64,000 nt of DNA from the human T2T-CHM13v2.0 reference genome, Homo sapiens: NCBI RefSeq assembly GCF_009914755.1, contig NC_060925.1, one strand, 5' to 3'. The translations under genes were made by a program, and so were the position numbers. Positions 56,595 to 64,000 of the stretch are shown in pieces. The notes under the pieces are model-generated. The model was not told where the DNA came from. It ran no database searches and was given only the letters and a program-made list of their open reading frames with translations. Each line of letters opens with the position of its first letter. The stretch's first letter is position 1.

Positions 56595-58475
56595 AGAAAC
56601 ATGGTTCTGCGAACCGCAGTAGCAGTAGGTGTAGGAAGGAAAGTTTGGATGTTAGATACAGGTTGGTTTGGAGATTTGCTCCTAGGAAGTTTAAGGAGTT
56701 CTTTTCTCATGATGTTGCTTTCTCTCTAATATACAGAAAGGGTCTTCACCAAGAGTGCTGCTTGAGTAATAATGGTGTTCAGAAAAGTCCAAGATTTCAG
56801 GATTCTTAGTTAAATAACTTAAGCAAGTTGACTGTTTTTCTTGATACATCAGTTCCTTTTTTTTTCACCTGATGAAAAAGCTCTTTGAATTTTAATTTTG
56901 TCAGGTAGTGAATATTTACTGTCCTCTTTTGTCACTGTAGATGAATATTCTTTCTATATCTTTGTACATGTTACTGGTAAATTTGCCAATAGGATAGATT
57001 TTGGTAGTACATTCTCTTTTCACAACATCATCATCATTAGCGGTCTTGGGGTAAAATTAATTGTATACATTCTTCTACATATAGTAGCAAATTGTATTAG
57101 TGTAGTCCTATTGGTTGTAGGTCAGTCTTTTTTCAGGTTGTCGGTTGTCTCAAGGAAAGATGGTTTATTGTAAACGTATACGTGAAAAGCGAAATGGTTA
57201 TCTACACTGTTATGTGGGAGGAGGCAGCATAGTGTAATGGATTGAACCCGACACCCTAGTTTCAAATTCAATCTGATTTAGTCTTTATGTGTAAAAATCA
57301 AGACAGTAACTACATTGTAAAGTTGTTTGACTGAAATGAGATAATAGAGGTGAGAATGCCTGATAAATTTTATGGAACTATACAAACGTTGGGTGGCATT
57401 TTACATGCATATAAAATGACATCTCTGCTGATTCTGTAATTGACAAATATAAAACTAACGGATGAAACGAAATTTATAAAAGTAAAGTGGATATAGGCTT
57501 TACTTTGATGCTTTTTGCTTGGTATACCTATTCTATACTATCTTTGGCTCCTGTGTTTCAGTTCTCAATGTTTTCAGCTATTGATCGTTTCTATGGTAGA
57601 ATTAGCCATCTTCTACCCTACTGCTACAATAACCCCTCAAAAACAAAAACAAAAACAACCGTTAGGTTGATATGTATCTACAACTTAATTAAATTGAAGG
57701 GAAATAGCATGAGACATAATTTTTCTTTTTTGCCTATCTATTAATAGACTAAGTTAGGGTGCATCACCAAGATGAGGGTACATTAGCTCTAAAGATGAGG
57801 ATTCTCTTTGTATTTGAATGCTTATGAAAATGTTATTTATTTCTAACAACTTCTCATATGTAAGGGAACTTTATATATGCTTTGAAAAAAATGGATACTA
57901 TTTTTTGAATATTTAGTCCTCAGTGATGAAATAGGTTATTTTTATATACCTTGTGTTTGTGAGATGTTTTACCTTTTACGAAATGAAGAGAACATAGAAC
58001 GTTGTTTCTGTTCTAAACTGTTAAAGTTAATAGAGCTTTGTTGGGCACATACTGCCTGATGATGATACAGGGATGTAATATGTAGGGGAATGAAGATGTT
58101 GTCCTGTCATTTGGATTCCATGTGCATAGGTTGATGTGTCAGTCATTTCAAGCATATTAAATTGGATAATATATCTTTTTAAAATAGACAGTCTCAGTGG
58201 GTTCACTGTGTTTTAACTATTCACGACAGCATGGAATTATAACCCTTATTCTCTATGATAGAGTTAAGCAGTTATAACCATATATAACTGATATGTTTCA
58301 CAAGTGCATGATAGCTTATTGTGATCAATTTTGTTGTGTATTGGTTATTGGAATTTGACAGTTAAAAAGTTCTATGAAATTATCATTGATATGGGAAGTT
58401 TTTTCAGAATTTCTGTGAACATTTGAATTTACTGAGTTTTTCATCCTTATTTTTCTTTCTTATGTACATCTTAAG

Positions 58476-58649
<174 letters not shown>

Positions 58650-59431
58650 TAAAATCAAGTGACACTTATGTTTTTCATGGTTTGTTTTGTTACTATAAGT
58701 GATACACCTGCTGCTATGAGAAGCTAGGATGTACCCAAGTTAATACAATGCTATTTACATTTGCGTTTTTATGCATGCACACATTTTTCAGAGGATATGT
58801 GATAAACATCTTATAATTGAAAATTTATACTTTCATAGAGCCCTTTAAAAATATTTTTGTTTTTCTCTGTTGTCAGCAGAAAAAAGGTAGAACTGTGTGG
58901 CTCTAAAGGGGAAACTCAGTCAATGAGATTGATAGGCACAGACCTATATATTAGTGGGAATTTAGTATCTTTTTAATTATAGACTAGAGAAAGTCTTATG
59001 TTTCGTGTGTGGGGGTGTGTGTGTGTGTGTGTTAGATACTGTGACCTAGTGAATATAGTGAAAACTGAAAATCATGCATGGCATATTAACAGTATTCTTT
59101 ATGAACATACAGTCAATACATTTATTCTCTAACATTCTAAGTTTTGAGTTTGAAATAGATTCTCTGAAAAAATATCAGTATTATCAATGTTTTCTGTAGT
59201 GTGTTGAATTGCATTGTTAAATTTTTTAAGGAATCTGTTAAATGCTGTTAAATGGCTTGATTTCTACACTGAAATGTGTTGCAGGTGTGTAGCTTAGTTT
59301 TAAAATTATTATTTTAAAATACATGAATGAAAATCATTCAGGGATTGCATTAATTCCTATTGTTTTTCTATATTGTTTGAGGAATAAAATGGGTAATAAA
59401 ATAGATGTTCTAAGAAAGTTGATGTTATTGA

Positions 59432-59617
<186 letters not shown>

Positions 59618-60696
59618 TGAGTCAAAGTCTGTTAAAGAATGAAGCCCTTCCCCTTTCTTTGTAGGGAACTTATGTTTGAGTACCTGCTATTTGCTAAGTG
59701 TTATGCTGTCTGTATTACATATTACATATTTTATACTCTTTAAAGTCTTTTGACTATAGTAACTTTTGGTTAATTTTCCCTATTAAAAGTATTTCAATTT
59801 GTCAGGGTAGAACAGATGACAGAATTGGGAATCACAACCTTGCTTATGTCATAGCCTTTATTAGGCTCCCCGCTTTCATACTACCACCAACTCAGGTATT
59901 CCCTTTCCAATATGATTAAGAGTTGACTCCGATACCTAAATTCCATGATACTAAGGATGTCTGTCTGCCAATTTACTGTGTATCTCCAGCATTGAAACTG
60001 CCTGATGTTTCATAGGTGCTCAAGTAATAATTTGTATATACTGTAGCAAGAAAGTTAGGATAGAATTAATAGTGTCCATCTTAGTCATCCTTCTTTCAAC
60101 AACTATTTAGACTTCTGTATGTCAAGGATTTTGCCAGACTCTTAGCTAATTGAATGACCAAGCCTAAATAGTGGTAATTTAAAAAAAATAAGACAAGCCA
60201 TTGGATACTTGATGTTTTCTTGCCTATCTCTTATCAAAATTCTATACTCCTGCCTGGGGAGATTTATATAGTAAATTTGACTACTTCTGTAGTAATGTAT
60301 CAAATACGTAAATGCTTGTTAGCTGTAGTAAAATTATTTTATAGTAATGAGTCAGTTATAGGTATGAGTGTCCCAGAAACACATTGCATTTTGTGAGCCT
60401 CTTAACTACTTTCTTATTTTTAAGCATTACCTCATTACAAGAATTGAATAAAACTGTACACCCTTTCAAAACACCTTTTACTCATGTGAATGCATTAGGC
60501 AGGTTGCTGTTACCTCTTTGAATAACAGTAGTAAGTACAGTGGTGATCCTGTTGACTGCCAGGTGGGGAGTTTGCTTAGCTTTAGCCCTCAACTAATTTC
60601 ACCAGTCCAGACTGTATGTATGTTTATACTGCTATTTTTAATTATAAGTGTTCACTTCTTCAAAACAGATATTTGGTAACTGTGTTTAATTAAAAG

Positions 60697-60701
60697 TGTG
60701 T

Positions 60702-60734
<33 letters not shown>
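60697..60734 (+). repeat. (TG)4TA(TG)14 microsatellite in intron 3
   Basis: Read directly. Confidence 0.97.
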
Positions 60735-60738
<4 letters not shown>

Positions 60739-60979
60739 AAACAAAATGGAAAACAAGCAAAACTCATCTCATTGGGTTATTCAAAGGTAGAGATGAAAGA
60801 CGATAAAAATAGCCATAATTCATTTAAAGGAATGTTGCAGAGAGAAAACATTTATTGGAGATTTACCAATGAATAAACATATAGCCAAAATAATTTGTAC
60901 ACAGGTTTACCTTAAATATAATATTGATTTTATTTAAACATACAGTATCTGAAATAATGGATTCATATTTTTTTTTAAG

Positions 60980-61089
60980 AACACCAGAAGTGCCACCAGC
61001 ACAGCCAAAACCTGGGGTTGCAGCTCCCCCAGAAGTAGCACCTGCTCCCAAATCATGGGCCAGTAACAAGCAAGGTGGGCAAGGAGATG
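60980..61089 (+). CDS. PRRC2C: PRRC2C exon 4: TPEVPPAQPKPGVAAPPEVAPAPKSWASNKQGGQGD(G)
   Basis: T9-AAG acceptor and donor ATG|GTAAGT; 110 nt, phases 2/1. Contained in ORF 60924..61121. Confidence 0.96.
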
Positions 61090-62177
61090 GTAAGTGGACA
61101 TTAGTTGGGGAAGCTGCCTAGGCTTGATAGTTACTGAACAGCCATGCAGGAGATAAGGGGTGAACTGTGTTTTGGTAGAGCCATAAAGCATTGTTAAAGG
61201 ATATACTCAAGGCTCTTAAAAAGGTTTTTTAAAAAATCTCTTGGGCTAGCTAAGTTCCAATGTCAAGAGCCATGTATGAGTCAATGATATTGGTTAAGGA
61301 AAGGAGTCTTTAAGATACCCTGTGCCCCACATCATTTTATCTTTACCTCTGCATATCCAAGCAAAGCTTGTACCTTCAAAGTATCCAGCCATCGCATAGA
61401 TTGTTAGAAACCATACTCATTTTTCATCTATGTCCCCAACATCTCCTGTTTCAGACATGCTGCCACGATTCCTGAGAGGAGAAGAGCTAGAAAGTAGCCA
61501 TAAAGCACCACTGCTGTAATATTCCCCTTTCCCCCAAGGAATGATGGAATCCCCAGCAGAATTTAGTTTTCCCACTTTCGAAACAGGAACTGTCTATAAA
61601 ACATTCTATGGAAGAACCAATCTGGGCCCTCAAGCTAACAAAACTAGCTGTTTTAATTTATAGAAGTACAAAAAATAGGTAGATAGGAAGTTGGGTGAAT
61701 AGTGAGGTGTAATAATCTTAGCTGTAAATTAAATCAAAGTAAAGTAAATGAAGCAATAAATTAAATAAAGGCATTTTAGCCTCATCTTGATCTTGGGGTC
61801 TTTATTCATCAAACACTATTTCAGTAATATGATTTGAACGAATTCTGAGAATTCTTAGCAGAGGAATTTGATGTGTATTGAAAATGTAAGGAGTCATAAT
61901 GAAAGAGAAACAAGCTCTTCACTTGCATGGTCATCTTAAATGAGTCCTCTGGAATGGTACTGGTAGATTACTGTCTTAGACTTTCATCTCCTCATGGCTG
62001 ATCATTAGCTTTTCAAAGGAGTCTAGGTGAATTTTAAAGTGATATGGCTATGAACAGTCATCACTGAAATGTGGAATAATTTAAGAGAAAGAGGCAGAGA
62101 GCTCTATCCTGGGAGGGTGGTTTGTATTATCTTCAGTATAAAAGTTACCTTTAATGTTTTTTTAAAAAAATCTATAG

Positions 62178-62303
62178 GAATCCAAGTGAATAGTCAGTTT
62201 CAGCAAGAATTTCCCAGCCTGCAGGCAGCTGGGGATCAGGAAAAAAAAGAAAAGGAAACAAATGATGACAACTATGGACCTGGACCCAGTTTACGTCCAC
62301 CAA
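62178..62303 (+). CDS. PRRC2C: PRRC2C exon 5: IQVNSQFQQEFPSLQAAGDQEKKEKETNDDNYGPGPSLRPP
   Basis: Acceptor TATAG and donor CAA|GTAAGA; 126 nt, phases 1/1. Family motifs EFPSLQAAGDQ and YGPGPSLRP. Contained in ORF 62069..62479. The gene continues beyond the window. Confidence 0.96.
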
Positions 62304-63039
62304 GTAAGAGTACTTTCTCTTTAATACAAAATGAGATCATATTTGTGTATTATCTTGCAATACAACCTCCTGCTTGCTGTTGCATATATTATTTGCCTAC
62401 TTCGAAAAGGCAGACTTTGTACTATAGTCACTTGCTACTCAGGTATGATTTTTGCACCGACAGTATCACTGTAACTTGAGAACATGTTAGAAATGTGTCA
62501 TCTTGGGCCTCGCATCCAACTTACTAAATCAAAATCTACATTTTAACAAGATGTCCAGGTGACTTTCATGTATACCAATATTTGGATTTTTTTATACTAG
62601 TTTTTGAGCAGGCTTCCCTAATGTGTAACTATTTACTTACTACTGTATTAATATTCGGTGATTCCTCACTTTCTGAGCTCAAACTGAGGAAACAAATAAT
62701 TTTGGATAATGAGGGATAGTTTATGTACATTACAAAGCAAAAACTAAAAATAAAAGTGTAAAATGTTCGAGGGATTTTTAAATGTCTTCTTAATTGTGAT
62801 AGCTTCATACTGTCATTACCAAGTATCTTAAAGGACCTTGTTTACATGGGGAGGTTCGTCTATGACAGAAGTGTTTACAAATTCCATATTTCTAAAAACC
62901 TGATGTATTTCACATTTTTTAGCTCTTGTCAGATGTAAATAAATCTAAATCTTATTTTTCAAGCGTCATAATGTGGTTGGTGCATTTGTATTAGAAATAG
63001 ATGTGCTGACTCCTCTATTTTGTTCAGTTGAATTTTCAC

Positions 63040-63510
63040 CAGTTGTCTATTGCTGCATAACAAATTTAGCAATGTAAAACAACAAACTGAACTATACTTA
63101 TGATATCCCACTGTATCTGAAGGTCAGGAATCCAGGGTCAGCTTAGTTTGAGGTTCTGGCCAAGGGACTCTCTCTCAAAGCCGCGATGAAGCTGTCTGAA
63201 GCTGACTTGACTGGGGCTGTACTTCCAAACTGACTGGTGTAGCTCTTGGCTCTTTAGTTTCATGGTCTCTTAGTGGGGCTGCTTATGACATGGCTTCTGC
63301 AGAATAAATGATGAGAGACAGACACCCTCCACCCAAGACAGAAGCCCACAGTCTTTAATAACTTAATCTGGAGAGGGACATGCTATCACTTCTGCCATAT
63401 TCTACAGGTTACACAGACCAACCCTGCTATATTGTGAGAAGGGACTACACTTAGTGTAAATACCAGAAGATAAAGATCATTTGGGCTATCCAGGAGACTG
63501 GTTACCATGC
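63040..63510 (-). mobile_element. Old MLT1-family MaLR LTR in intron 5
   Basis: TCTATTGCTGCATAACAAAT, GGTCAGGAATCCAGGG, ATCACTTCTGCCATATTCTA. Confidence 0.72.
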
Positions 63511-64000
63511 AGTGTTTCTTAGCAAAACCACCTAGCTGTTTTATTTGGTTAAGTGTAATTACACCAGATAATTTCACGCAATCTGTTCACTTGGGGGCAT
63601 CTGTAACTAACAATAATATACTGGAAACAGACAAATGAGAATATCACTGTCAACCCTTCCAGATTGTAGAAGTCCCATCTTCCTTCCCTCAGGAAACCTC
63701 AGGTGTGTCACTCTGAAACATGGCCATCTGATATATGGAGAACAGTGATTTTAATTTCTATACCAAATATTGATAAAGCTTCATAGAGAAGTTCTAATAT
63801 TTTCTTCTCCCACCCCAGTATTTGCTTGTGGTGACACCCTCTGAGGTACATCCTCTCCACTTTGGAAGCCACTACTACGCAAACAACTTGAAAGCATTAG
63901 TAGGACCTGGATTAGACTTTTCCTGCTCTTTCACTCTGCTTACTTGCTTTCATTTTCCTGAAATACATTTTGGTTTCACTTTGTTCCATTTTCAGATTTT

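Noticed and set aside
63965-64000. Acceptor-like TTCCATTTTCAG|ATTTT at the window end as PRRC2C exon 6
   Set aside because: Only 5 nt are visible after the AG and they do not fit the continuation I recall (NVACW). The real exon is probably just outside the window.

Overview
Primate genomic DNA, almost certainly human, very rich in Alu elements. The window holds the 5' part of PRRC2C (BAT2L2) on the + strand. About 31.8 kb of repeat-dense upstream sequence comes first (dozens of Alus, ERV1/ERVL/MaLR solo LTRs, L1 fragments, a U13 snoRNA retrocopy). A CpG-island promoter follows at ~31.8-32.9 kb, with non-coding exon 1 ending at 32174. Intron 1 is 26.3 kb long and contains a 7SL retrocopy and many mostly antisense Alus. 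Coding exons 2-5 (58533-62303) splice in frame into the BAT2_N N-terminus [37 protein letters not shown](VA)[11 protein letters not shown]...GPSLRPP. Nearly all long ORFs in the supplied track are Alu, microsatellite or intron artefacts. I see no CRISPR array, no prokaryote-type system and no new protein-coding gene. The best leads are cis-regulatory and lie in the PRRC2C leader. The top one is a weak-context upstream AUG whose ORF overlaps the main start, in a gene whose product is reported to promote leaky scanning; this is a possible autoregulatory loop. Others are a TCT/5'TOP-like initiator next to a YY1 site, a 34-bp promoter palindrome, a structured 5'UTR, a second donor in the CpG island and a tandem acceptor at exon 3. 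Repeat family names and repeat boundaries come from visual recognition and are approximate.
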